Assembly (NCBI GenBank): GCA_902771695.1 | Contig: CACXXP010000008.1 | Span: 1,886-65,885, forward strand | Direction: 5' to 3' | Length of the DNA: 64,000 nucleotides | Source of the DNA: an uncultured Pseudomonadota bacterium | GTDB taxonomy: Bacteria; Pseudomonadota; Alphaproteobacteria; Rs-D84 | Made by a program: the position numbers and the translations under genes | Notes under the pieces: generated by a model | What the model was told of the DNA's origin: nothing | What the model saw: the letters and a program-made list of their open reading frames with translations, nothing else | The model's database searches: none | Shown here: positions 48,167 to 57,024 of the stretch, one piece after another | How the letters are laid out: every line of letters begins with the position of its first letter | How positions within the stretch are numbered: the stretch's first letter is position 1

Positions 48167-48736
48167 ATGTTTGATATCACAGATAAATATTTTATAGAAA
48201 AATTGAATAAACACCTGAAAAATGGCGGAGTAATTGCTTTCCCAACCGATACAGTTTGGGGGTTGGGTGCCATGCCCAACCAAACGGGTGCGGATGCATT
48301 ATTTGAAATAAAGCAACGACCGCACGAAAAGCACCTGATAATTATGTCCGATTGTTTAGAACATATACAAAAATACATGTCGGGCTATCCGGATATCGCA
48401 TTTGATTTGGCAAAAAAATATTGGCCGGGCGCATTGACCATTGGCGTTCCTGTCCAAGACACACAAACAATGTCTTTCGGCGCCGTACGTGTTCCAAACT
48501 ACAAACCATTTCAAGATTTATGCCGTGTAATTGACGGTCATTGTTTGGCAACCAGTTCTGCAAATATATCTGGGCAACCGGTATTGACCAATCCAGACGC
48601 CATACGCGCCCAGTTTCCCGATATAATCGTTATTGATAATGCCTATGACAAAATGGGTGGAAAGCCCAGCACTGTTGTCATACTGGATGGCGATAAAATG
48701 AACATTGTCCGCCAAGGTGCCGTGGTTATAGAGTGA
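48167..48736 (+). CDS. tsaC: L-threonylcarbamoyladenylate synthase (YrdC/TsaC type, 189 aa)
   Basis: GGVIAFPTDTVWGLGA, KQRPHEKHLIIM and TSSANISG motifs. Confidence 0.85.
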   Translation: MFDITDKYFIEKLNKHLKNGGVIAFPTDTVWGLGAMPNQTGADALFEIKQRPHEKHLIIMSDCLEHIQKYMSGYPDIAFDLAKKYWPGALTIGVPVQDTQTMSFGAVRVPNYKPFQDLCRVIDGHCLATSSANISGQPVLTNPDAIRAQFPDIIVIDNAYDKMGGKPSTVVILDGDKMNIVRQGAVVIE

Positions 48737-48910
48737 TATTAATTAATTCAAATAGTGGCCAGTATTATATCATAAAAAGTAAAGGCAAAAAAATAGTTTC
48801 TTGGCCTTGATAAACAACAAACAAAATCTATAAAAATCTTGTTCCGGCGATTTTTATGATTTTTTTAATTGTTCATCTGCGTATTGTGTGCTGCACTTGC
48901 GTTCGCACAC

Positions 48911-48926
48911 ATCCCTTCATCCCGCC
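48911..48926 (+). repeat. Inverted, degenerate copy of the tRNA-Ser(GGA) 3' end
   Basis: ATCCCTTCATCCCGCC versus the reverse complement of 48975-48991 (ATCCCTTCATCTCCGCC): 16 of 17 with a 1-nt gap. Confidence 0.7.
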
Positions 48927-48935
48927 TGTTAAAAC

Positions 48936-48961
48936 CAAAAAATCCGCAAATGCGGATTTTT
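48936..48961. terminator. Bidirectional hairpin terminator (3' of tRNA-Ser on the minus strand)
   Basis: AATCCGC-AAAT-GCGGATT flanked by A and T runs. Confidence 0.65.
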
Positions 48962-48973
48962 AAAGTTTTAATC

Positions 48974-49064
48974 TGGCGGAGATGAAGGGATTCGAACCCT
49001 TGATACGGTTGCCCGTATACCACATTTCCAATGTGGCGCACTAGACCAACTATGCGACATCTCC
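48974..49064 (-). tRNA. tRNA-Ser (anticodon GGA)
   Basis: GGAGATG/CATCTCC acceptor stem, anticodon loop TTGGAAA, long variable arm (TATACGGGCAACCGTATC), GGTTCGAATCC T-arm, encoded CCA. Confidence 0.9.
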
Positions 49065-49098
49065 GAATGTTACCAACTATGCGACATCTCCGAATGTT
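49045..49098. repeat. Perfect 27-bp tandem duplication covering the first 20 nt of tRNA-Ser(GGA) plus 7 nt of its leader
   Basis: ACCAACTATGCGACATCTCCGAATGTT occurs at 49045-49071 and again at 49072-49098. Confidence 0.95.
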
Positions 49099-49109
49099 AA
49101 TATTTTTTC

Positions 49110-49499
49110 TTAATCTTCGTCAGATCCGTCTTCGGCGACATCATCTTCAACCAATTCAGACGCATCAACTTCTGGTTCTTCGGTTGCCAATGTTTCTTCC
49201 AATTCGGCATCTATTTCACGCAATGCCGGATCAACACTGTCCACTTCTAATGTTTCTGCGGCACTTTCAACCGTTGGTGTTTCCTTATAAGATTGCACGA
49301 ATTCATGTCTGATTGCGGCAATATCTAATTTGCCACTGGCGATTTCGCGCAATGCCGTCACCGTTGGTTTATCGTTGCCACGGTCCACAACCGGTGTGGC
49401 CCCACCGTTCAAATCACGAACACGTTGTGATGCCAACATCCCCAGTTCATATCTGCTTTCCACAAATGGTAATGTGTCAGAATTAGTTGTGCGTGCCAT
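49110..49499 (-). CDS. rpoZ: DNA-directed RNA polymerase subunit omega
   Basis: SRYELGMLASQRVRDLNGGA ... TVTALREIASGKL; acidic C-terminal tail. Confidence 0.88.
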   Translation of the reverse strand: MARTTNSDTLPFVESRYELGMLASQRVRDLNGGATPVVDRGNDKPTVTALREIASGKLDIAAIRHEFVQSYKETPTVESAAETLEVDSVDPALREIDAELEETLATEEPEVDASELVEDDVAEDGSDED

Positions 49500-49559
49500 A
49501 TTAAAATCCTTTGTTGAAATATATTTTCATCTCGTTATAATGCCCCATGGATAGTCAAA

Positions 49560-50798
49560 ATGCAAGCAGAAAATAATAAAAATGACATAAAAACATTATC
49601 TTTCGGGTGCCGACTGAACGCGTTGGAATGCGAAAAGATAAAAAATATACTGATAAACCGCGGAATTTGCGCGGTGGTTGTTAATACTTGTTCGGTCACC
49701 GGCGAAGCTGAACGTCAATGTGGGCAAACCGTCCGCAAAATTGCACGCGAAAATCCGAACACTGTTATTTTTGTGACCGGGTGTGGCGCAACACGCAACC
49801 CAGAACTGTTTAGTAAAATTCCGGGCGTGGTTGTTATTCCTAATGCCGACAAAATGAAACCGGAATCATATGTTATACCAAGAAATATTTCCACCCTGGC
49901 GTGTGAATTGAATGTGAAAAACGCCGACACCGAAATTTCCAAGCAATTTATTCAGATACAAAACGGATGCAACCATGATTGCACGTATTGTGTGACACGT
50001 TTATTACGCGGGCCGGCCGTATCGTTTGAATATAACGACATTTTGGCCGATGTCCGCAGTGCCACCGCCGATGGATTTGGCGAAATAATACTGACGGGGG
50101 TGGATACCGCATCTTATGTCAAAATGTATGATGGACATCCTTTTTTATTGGCCGATTTGTGCAAAAAAATATTGGATGACGAACCACGGGTGCAACGTTT
50201 GCGTTTATCTTCGGTGGACCCGGCGGCCCCGACAATTCGTGATATTATTGGCATGATGAAATCTGACGCGCGATTTATGCCACATTTGCATTTGTCTATG
50301 CAGTCGGGATCTGATACCATTTTGGCATCTATGCGACGCCGGCATACCGCCCAAACCGTACGCGATTTGGTTAAAATGGCAGATGGAAAAATTAGTTTCA
50401 GTTGGGATATAATCTGTGGATTTCCCGGCGAAACCGAAGAATTGTTTAATCAGACCGCAGATTTGGTTCGCGAATTAAAACCAATAAAAATACACGCGTT
50501 CCCCTATTCTGCCCGTCCTGGAACGGTTGCCGCAGATATGCCAAACCAAATTAACCGTAACATATCCAAAAAACGCGTCAAAATCATAACAGATATTGCG
50601 GATAAAAACCTGAACGAATTTATGCAGACACAAATTGGCAAAAATGTTCAGGTATTGGTTGAATCACATAATAATGCCCGCACACCCGATGATATACCGG
50701 TCCACATTGACGGTGCAATGGTTCCGGAACGCACCATATGCGATGTAAAGATTACGGGAATCTCGGACGGCATATTTACCGCCGTAAAAAATAATTAA
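49560..50798 (+). CDS. mtaB: Radical-SAM methylthiotransferase of the MiaB/RimO family, MtaB-like
   Basis: N-terminal FGCRLN...NTCSVT Cys triad and radical-SAM CNHDCTYC motif; 412 aa with a TRAM-like end. Confidence 0.82.
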   Translation: MQAENNKNDIKTLSFGCRLNALECEKIKNILINRGICAVVVNTCSVTGEAERQCGQTVRKIARENPNTVIFVTGCGATRNPELFSKIPGVVVIPNADKMKPESYVIPRNISTLACELNVKNADTEISKQFIQIQNGCNHDCTYCVTRLLRGPAVSFEYNDILADVRSATADGFGEIILTGVDTASYVKMYDGHPFLLADLCKKILDDEPRVQRLRLSSVDPAAPTIRDIIGMMKSDARFMPHLHLSMQSGSDTILASMRRRHTAQTVRDLVKMADGKISFSWDIICGFPGETEELFNQTADLVRELKPIKIHAFPYSARPGTVAADMPNQINRNISKKRVKIITDIADKNLNEFMQTQIGKNVQVLVESHNNARTPDDIPVHIDGAMVPERTICDVKITGISDGIFTAVKNN

Positions 50799-50843
50799 AA
50801 AAATCTGTTGGCATTGACATTTGTTGCTGTTATTATTCAAGAC

Positions 50844-52019
50844 ATGAAGAAGTTATATATCACATTTTTATCGCTGCTTATGACAGTTCCTGCGTTTGCA
50901 GAATTCAAGACAACCGCAAAATCGGCGTTTCTAATTGACTATGATTCTGGGGCTGAAATCGTTGCCAAAGAGGCCGATACCCTGATGCCACCATCGTCCA
51001 TGTTGAAACTGATGACATTGGCGGTATTGTTTGACGAAATCAAGGCCGGTCGCATCAGTTTGGACGAACGCATAAATGTCAGTGAAAATGCCGATTATCA
51101 AAACCCACTGTGGTACCCGGCCAGCAAAATTTGCCTGGTCACTGGGCAACAGATAACTGTGCGGGATGCTATTTTGGGTCTGATTGTATTATCGGGTGGT
51201 GATGCATCGGTTGTGGTTGCAGAAAAAATCGCTGGATCTGAAATCAAATTTACAGAAAACATGACCCGCAAGGCACGTGCCATCGGTATGCCAATGTCCA
51301 CATTCGGAAATGCAAGCGGGTTGCCAAATGATAACAACATGATGACCAGTCGTGAACTTGCCACATTGGCATATCATTTGATTTCTGATTATCCAGATTT
51401 GTACCCAATGTTTGCAACCAAACGCTTTGAATTTAATGAATATAAAACTGATTGGTGTCGCGATTGGGGCCGTACCCATACTGTGAATTACAATAAATTG
51501 CTGTTCATTATGCCGGGCGCAGACGGTCTGAAAACCGGCCACACCGACAAGGGTGGATATGGCATGGTGGCCAGTGCCAAGGTCGGTGGTCGGCGTTTGA
51601 TTGGAATTATAAATGGGTTCAAAGGCAAAGGCCACGATGCATTGGCATCAGAAATGAAAAAATTGTTAACCTACGGGTTTACAACGACTGTTTCACGCGT
51701 GTTTTATCATGCAGGCGATGATGTGGTTGCGGTTCCTGTATGGTACGGTCGCAAAGACACGGTTATGGCAACTGTTGATAAAACATTTGCGATTACAGCC
51801 AATAAAGACACAGGGCTTGGTGGTATTCGGGTAATGGCACGATATAATGACCCTGTGGCCGCCCCTGTCAATGTTGGTGATGATGTTGGCGAAATTGTCG
51901 CAGAACAGAATGGGAAAATAATTGCACGTGGAAAATTGGTTGCACGTGAACATGTGGGCAAAATACAATTCCTGGCACGCGCATGGAAGAATATTATGGT
52001 TATGATATTTGGAAAATAA
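50844..52019 (+). CDS. D-alanyl-D-alanine carboxypeptidase (PBP5/6 class)
   Basis: Signal peptide MKKLYITFLSLLMTVPAFA; SSMLK (SxxK) and KTGHT (KTG) motifs. Confidence 0.88.
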   Translation: MKKLYITFLSLLMTVPAFAEFKTTAKSAFLIDYDSGAEIVAKEADTLMPPSSMLKLMTLAVLFDEIKAGRISLDERINVSENADYQNPLWYPASKICLVTGQQITVRDAILGLIVLSGGDASVVVAEKIAGSEIKFTENMTRKARAIGMPMSTFGNASGLPNDNNMMTSRELATLAYHLISDYPDLYPMFATKRFEFNEYKTDWCRDWGRTHTVNYNKLLFIMPGADGLKTGHTDKGGYGMVASAKVGGRRLIGIINGFKGKGHDALASEMKKLLTYGFTTTVSRVFYHAGDDVVAVPVWYGRKDTVMATVDKTFAITANKDTGLGGIRVMARYNDPVAAPVNVGDDVGEIVAEQNGKIIARGKLVAREHVGKIQFLARAWKNIMVMIFGK

Positions 52020-52020
52020 A

Positions 52021-52920
52021 ATGGCAAAAAAGACCGCACCCCTTTATAATTTTCCGCATCCGATGGACAATGACATACTGATTGGCCACGACACAACACT
52101 GAATGCCTTTATGGATGCATGGAACAACCGGGATAATTATCCATTGCACCCGGTGTGGATGTTGACCGGAACACGTGGCATTGGCAAAGCAACATTGGCA
52201 TACAAAATTGCCAAAATGGTTTACGGCAATGTCGGTGATTTCTTTATTATAGATATGGATCGCAATATTGATAAAGATGGCAAGGTTAAATCAGACGGCA
52301 AATCTATTTCTGTATTTACTGTACGTGCCACCATTGAAAAAATGCAAATGTCGTCTATGTCGGGCGAATGGCGTGTTGTACTGATAGATTCTGTGGACCA
52401 ATTGACCACAGCGGCGGCAAACGCGATTCTGAAATTGTTGGAAGAACCACCGGCCAAGACATTATTCTTGCTGGTGACGCACCAATTGTCCAACGTGTTG
52501 CCAACCGTTCGTTCACGTGCACGCGTGGAAAAAATGCGTCCACTGTCTATGTCAGACCTGCGGCGTCTGTGCGCCAAATTTATGCCAGATGATATAATAG
52601 AAGATGAAACCTTGCGTTTGGCAAATGGATCTTTTGGCCGAATTGCAAATATAAAACAATCTGGGGGCGATGTCGTCTATGACGACCTGTTGAAATTGGT
52701 TCAGAATAAAAAATCAACCGCCGCAGATTCAATGAATTTGGCACGAAGAATTGCACCTTTTCCGGAACTGCACACGATATTATTAGACATTGTTGCAAGG
52801 TTTGGATTGGCAGAACTTTATCCAATGGCAACATCCACAATAAACGATATAAATCGCGTCAATTTGGAACCGGAAATTGCCATATTCAAGGTTATAGAAG
52901 AGATAAAAAAATGCTTATAG
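52021..52920 (+). CDS. holB: DNA polymerase III subunit delta'
   Basis: HPVWMLTGTRGIGKATLAYKIAK P-loop-like segment; NAILKLLEEPP; VRSRA sensor. Confidence 0.8.
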   Translation: MAKKTAPLYNFPHPMDNDILIGHDTTLNAFMDAWNNRDNYPLHPVWMLTGTRGIGKATLAYKIAKMVYGNVGDFFIIDMDRNIDKDGKVKSDGKSISVFTVRATIEKMQMSSMSGEWRVVLIDSVDQLTTAAANAILKLLEEPPAKTLFLLVTHQLSNVLPTVRSRARVEKMRPLSMSDLRRLCAKFMPDDIIEDETLRLANGSFGRIANIKQSGGDVVYDDLLKLVQNKKSTAADSMNLARRIAPFPELHTILLDIVARFGLAELYPMATSTINDINRVNLEPEIAIFKVIEEIKKCL

Positions 52921-53678
52921 ACACTCATTGCCATTTGACGTATGAAATAGATAATGACGCCGGCGTTGACGGGGTTATTGAACGCGCCAAATCCGCGGGG
53001 GTTGGGGTTATCATATGCCCGACCGCCGATCCTGAAGATATTCCCACAGCTATTAAAATTGCTGAAACTTATGATAATGTGTTTGCAACAATCGGTATTC
53101 ACCCCGAACACGCTGATTGCAATGCGGATGATTTTATTACCAGTGAAATTCTTTCGCATCCGCGGGTATTGGGGGTTGGTGAAATTGGTCTGGATTATCA
53201 CGGTGATGATATAAAACCACGCGACACGCAAATTAAATTGTTTGAACGTCAATTGGAAATGGCACGCGATGCCAAATTACCGGTGGCAATTCACACACGC
53301 GACGCCGAAAATGATACCGCAGAAATATTAAATAAATATTCTGATATCGGTGGTGTTATGCATTGCTTTACATCTGGTTGGGATTTGGCAAAGAAAATGT
53401 TGGACCGCGGATTCTTTTTTTCCGCAAGCGGTATTTTAACCTTTAAGAACGCAGCCGAAATTCGTGAAACATTTAGCAAAATTCCAATTGAACGCATCGT
53501 CATTGAAACAGACAGTCCATATTGCGCACCTGTTCCATACCGCGGGAAAGTGTGCGAACCAGCGTTTGTGGTTGAAACCGCGCGGGTAATGGCGGAAATA
53601 AAAAATATACCATTTGAAAAATTGTCTGATATAATGTTAGAGAACGTAAAAAAACTGTATCCGAAGATAAAGATTTAA
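52911..53678 (+). CDS. tatD: TatD-family metal-dependent deoxyribonuclease
   Basis: MLIDTHCHL, GEIGLDYH, AIHTRDA, VMHCF and ETDSPY motifs. Confidence 0.9.
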   Translation: MLIDTHCHLTYEIDNDAGVDGVIERAKSAGVGVIICPTADPEDIPTAIKIAETYDNVFATIGIHPEHADCNADDFITSEILSHPRVLGVGEIGLDYHGDDIKPRDTQIKLFERQLEMARDAKLPVAIHTRDAENDTAEILNKYSDIGGVMHCFTSGWDLAKKMLDRGFFFSASGILTFKNAAEIRETFSKIPIERIVIETDSPYCAPVPYRGKVCEPAFVVETARVMAEIKNIPFEKLSDIMLENVKKLYPKIKI

Positions 53679-53680
53679 TC

Positions 53681-54148
53681 ATGCCCAGACAAATGATAAA
53701 ATTTGGTGCCGTTTCTGAAAACCGCAAAGCGCGGTTCAATTATACTGTGGAAGACACGATTGAGGCCGGCATATCATTAACCGGGGCGGAAATTAAATCT
53801 GTGCGGTATGGTTTGGTTTCAATTGTTGATGGTTTTGTTCAACACAGGGGCGGTAATTTATTCTTGGCCGGCGTTGAAATTCAGCGTTTGCCAACGGCGG
53901 CACGGTATATAAACTTTGATGAACGTCGCCCGCGTCAATTGCTGTTGCACCGTGCACAGATAAACCGCATGATTGGTAAATTGAACGAAAAAGGCGCGAC
54001 CATATTTCCATTAAAACTGTATTTTAATAATCATGGTCGGTTAAAGGTTTTGTTGGGTGTTGGTTATGGTAAAAATCGCACCGACAAACGTGAAACCATT
54101 AAACGTCGCGAATGGGAAAAGGCCAAGGCCCGTTTATTAAAGGGCTAA
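53681..54148 (+). CDS. smpB: SsrA-binding protein SmpB
   Basis: NRKARFNYTVEDTIEAGISLTGAEIKSVR ... RPRQLLLH ... IFPLKLYF. Confidence 0.93.
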   Translation: MPRQMIKFGAVSENRKARFNYTVEDTIEAGISLTGAEIKSVRYGLVSIVDGFVQHRGGNLFLAGVEIQRLPTAARYINFDERRPRQLLLHRAQINRMIGKLNEKGATIFPLKLYFNNHGRLKVLLGVGYGKNRTDKRETIKRREWEKAKARLLKG

Positions 54149-54233
54149 AATACCTGTTTTCATAAGAAATCTGTCTTGGGGAAAAAATGCGCCACTTGTG
54201 TTATTCTGAAAACATAACACAGGGAGGTTTCAT

Positions 54234-54992
54234 ATGAACAAATCACAACATAAATGCGATTGTGGGTGCCACCATATGCCAAAAATTGGCGATGTTGCCC
54301 CAGAATTTGGCGCGAACACAACAAATGGGTATATTCAATTTCCGCATGATTATCGCGGACGTTGGGTTGTTCTGTTTTCGCACCCTGGTGATTTTACACC
54401 AGTATGCACCACAGAATTTATAACTTTTCAATCAATGATAGATGAATTTCGGGCATTAAACACAGACCTGGTTGGATTATCCGTTGATTCAAACGCATCA
54501 CATATCGCATGGATTCAAACAATAAAAAACGATATTGTTTTTATGGGTTGGAAAAATGTTGATATTTCTTTTCCTATTATTGCCGATACCACCGGCAAAA
54601 TTGCCCGCATGTATGGTATGATTCATGATGCAGCGGGTGATACAGATACGGTGCGTGCGGTGTTTATAATTGACCCACGTGGCATTATACGCGCAATACT
54701 GTACTATCCAAAGGCCATTGGGCGCAACATTACCGAAATTAAACGCATCTTGATTGCGTTACAGACATCTGATGCTTTTCATGTTGCAACCCCGGCAGAA
54801 TGGATACCCGGCGAAGATGTTATTACACCGGCGCCAAATACGACATCCGATGCCATATCACATAAATCTGGTAAAGACAATGAAAGAAATTGGTTTTTGC
54901 GATTCAAGATGATAAGTCCCGATATGATTTTGAACAAAATTACCAATCGCAAATTTATATCCAATGACAAAAAGACAAAGAAAAAGAAATAA
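54234..54992 (+). CDS. 1-Cys (Prx6-type) peroxiredoxin with a Cys/His-rich N-terminal and a Lys-rich C-terminal extension
   Basis: FSHPGDFTPVCTTEF peroxidatic-Cys motif. GGGAGG SD supports the ATG at 54234, giving the leader MNKSQHKCDCGCHHMP. Confidence 0.88.
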   Translation: MNKSQHKCDCGCHHMPKIGDVAPEFGANTTNGYIQFPHDYRGRWVVLFSHPGDFTPVCTTEFITFQSMIDEFRALNTDLVGLSVDSNASHIAWIQTIKNDIVFMGWKNVDISFPIIADTTGKIARMYGMIHDAAGDTDTVRAVFIIDPRGIIRAILYYPKAIGRNITEIKRILIALQTSDAFHVATPAEWIPGEDVITPAPNTTSDAISHKSGKDNERNWFLRFKMISPDMILNKITNRKFISNDKKTKKKK

Positions 54993-54996
54993 AAAT

Positions 54997-55021
54997 GGGC
55001 GATATTTTCGCCCTTTTTTTA
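54997..55021. terminator. Bidirectional hairpin terminator
   Basis: GGGCGA-TATTT-TCGCCC followed by T8; sits between convergent genes. Confidence 0.65.
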
Positions 55022-55372
55022 TTAAAACACCAATGGCCAATCACGAATATCGGCCGGCATAGATTCTGATTCTGGGTGCCATTGAAATTGTTCCATGATA
55101 ACGTGTTTATCTTTTGTGAACTTAACACCCTCTTCTTTTAATGCCTTGTATTGTTGCTCAAAGAATCCAGAACCACACAAAGACCCATCCTTGAATACCA
55201 CACGATGCCATGGCAAATGCCAACTTTTTTGATTGTTTGACGCATAACCGACAAATCGCGCCATGCGTGGCCGCCCAATCAATGCAGCAATTTGTCCAAA
55301 TGTCGCAACACGCCCCGACGGAATTTTGGCGACAATATCGTAAACCTGGTCATAAAAACTTTTCTGTGACAT
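55022..55372 (-). CDS. Alkyltransferase-like (ATL) protein / MGMT-family DNA-binding domain without the catalytic Cys
   Basis: IPSGRVATFGQIA ... LPWHRVV: the canonical PCHRV has Trp in place of Cys. Confidence 0.8.
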   Translation of the reverse strand: MSQKSFYDQVYDIVAKIPSGRVATFGQIAALIGRPRMARFVGYASNNQKSWHLPWHRVVFKDGSLCGSGFFEQQYKALKEEGVKFTKDKHVIMEQFQWHPESESMPADIRDWPLVF

Positions 55373-55386
55373 GCAATCTAACCTTT

Positions 55387-56184
55387 CTATGCGGCACGAC
55401 CGTATCCACGCCCCATCATACCCAACATGTTTATATTCATTGTACGATTACGATTTACCTCTTGCATGGTCAACATTGCGTCTATGCGTTGTTTGTAATC
55501 ATCGCGCTTCATATTGGCATTTAATTCCAGCGGATTATTCTTGTACAATTCTTTGTTTTGATGTGGATCGGTATAGTTACGTATCGCTTCTTCACGAACA
55601 TCAGCGTCCAGTGGACTGATTTCTGCGATAAATATATCGGCCAAATGTGTAAATTCATGACGCAAATCCATCAAAAATTGCAATGGATTGTCTTTATATG
55701 CCACCTGTTCCATGTTTATGCGCAAATCTTTACTGGATGTGATACACATACCATCGTTCGGTTTAGCGTTTTCCATTTGGTTGACCGATATTTCCGGCAT
55801 TTTCGCCATTTCCATTGTGATTTTTTCATCAAATTCATCATTGGTTGGCTTGTATTTATCACCATCACGCCGATAGATTGGAACCTGGTGTCGTGTGATA
55901 TCGCGACTGATATTATTCAGAAACACATTTAAAATATCCGCCGCCAACTTTAACTTTTCGGCATCAGATTTTTCTTTCCAATTTTGGAACCGTCCCGATA
56001 TAGTTTCGTGATTACACGCATCTATGAACCGAGTGGTTATGTAATCGGAAAACTTTTCGCATTTTTCACGATCCATTTTGGGTGGCAGTTTTGGTTGCTC
56101 TGGGGTTTGTTGTTTGGATTTTATAACCTCTATCCCACGCAGGATTTGTTCAAGGTCTACATTACGATTTAACATCTGTGTCAT
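55387..56184 (-). CDS. Hypothetical protein with an HExxH motif (265 aa from MTQMLN)
   Basis: Perfect AAGGAGG SD before the ATG at 56184; LMDLRHEFTHLADIF; no signal peptide. Confidence 0.55.
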   Translation of the reverse strand: MTQMLNRNVDLEQILRGIEVIKSKQQTPEQPKLPPKMDREKCEKFSDYITTRFIDACNHETISGRFQNWKEKSDAEKLKLAADILNVFLNNISRDITRHQVPIYRRDGDKYKPTNDEFDEKITMEMAKMPEISVNQMENAKPNDGMCITSSKDLRINMEQVAYKDNPLQFLMDLRHEFTHLADIFIAEISPLDADVREEAIRNYTDPHQNKELYKNNPLELNANMKRDDYKQRIDAMLTMQEVNRNRTMNINMLGMMGRGYGRAA

Positions 56185-56327
56185 GGCGGCCTCCTTTGGT
56201 TTCATGGGTAACCCCCACACGCTCATATATAGGTAAAAACCAATACACGTCAAGGGGCGCACCTGCGTAAATTGATTGATATTTTTTTATCAATATAGTA
56301 ATATTTTCATGTAGCAAAGGAGAAACC

Positions 56328-56939
56328 ATGAAAAAGATTCTTTTAACATCTGTTGCGGCGGTTATGGTAACAATTGTCGCAAATGCAAAAACTGCCCCGT
56401 ATGTATCAATACACACAGGATACACAAAACCAACGACGAGTCTATCAGTAAAAGAAGACGGGAAGTACAACCTTGGTGAATATTTTTCTGATGATTTTGC
56501 ATATGATGTATCCGGCGCCGTTGGTATTAAATTGGATATTTCGTCCATGTTTGATGTCCGGGCCGAAGCCGAATATGACTTTGTTAATGGGTTTGTTTTT
56601 GCAACAAGTGGCGTATGGCAACGTTCACATACCACGTTATTTAATGCGTATCTTGATTTGAAAAACAATACACCACTTACCCCATATATCGGGGGTGGTA
56701 TTGGTTACCAATGGAACCATTCCAGCGAGGCCATATTTACTAACCGAACAGTTTATAAATCCATGGCATATCAGATTGGAACAGGTTTTGCATTTAATAT
56801 AACAGACAATCTGTCGATGGATTTAGGGTATAGATATCTGTGGTCATTACATAAATTTAACTCTGATGACGGTTTGTACCATTATCATACTACCAATACT
56901 TATCACCAATTCCGCATTGGTGCAATGTATGCATTTTAG
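56328..56939 (+). CDS. Outer-membrane beta-barrel protein (OmpA-like/porin family, 203 aa)
   Basis: Signal peptide MKKILLTSVAAVMVTIVANA; alternating amphipathic strands; C-terminal ...FRIGAMYAF. Confidence 0.75.
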   Translation: MKKILLTSVAAVMVTIVANAKTAPYVSIHTGYTKPTTSLSVKEDGKYNLGEYFSDDFAYDVSGAVGIKLDISSMFDVRAEAEYDFVNGFVFATSGVWQRSHTTLFNAYLDLKNNTPLTPYIGGGIGYQWNHSSEAIFTNRTVYKSMAYQIGTGFAFNITDNLSMDLGYRYLWSLHKFNSDDGLYHYHTTNTYHQFRIGAMYAF

Positions 56940-56958
56940 AAATCAATATTTTCAAACC

Positions 56959-56985
56959 AAAAATCCGCGTAATGCGGATTTTTTG
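56959..56985 (+). terminator. Rho-independent terminator after the OMP gene
   Basis: ATCCGC-GTAAT-GCGGAT followed by TTTTTGTT. Confidence 0.7.
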
Positions 56986-57024
56986 TTGATTAAAATTCCA
57001 TAATGTGATATTTTTCCCAATACC

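Noticed and set aside
56162-56668. 168-aa minus-strand ORF overlapping the OMP gene
   Set aside because: It overlaps both the SD-supported start of the HExxH gene region and the OMP gene, which has a signal peptide and a C-terminal Phe. The OMP reading is far better supported.
2884-56985. Recurring AAATCC(C)GC-N4/5-GC(G)GGATTT hairpins (2884, 24228, 43644, 48941, 56961) as a CRISPR or REP-like repeat family
   Set aside because: Each copy sits singly, just after a stop codon or tRNA, and has flanking T/A runs. The loops and stem lengths differ and there are no regularly spaced spacers. They are ordinary intrinsic terminators with a similar GC core.
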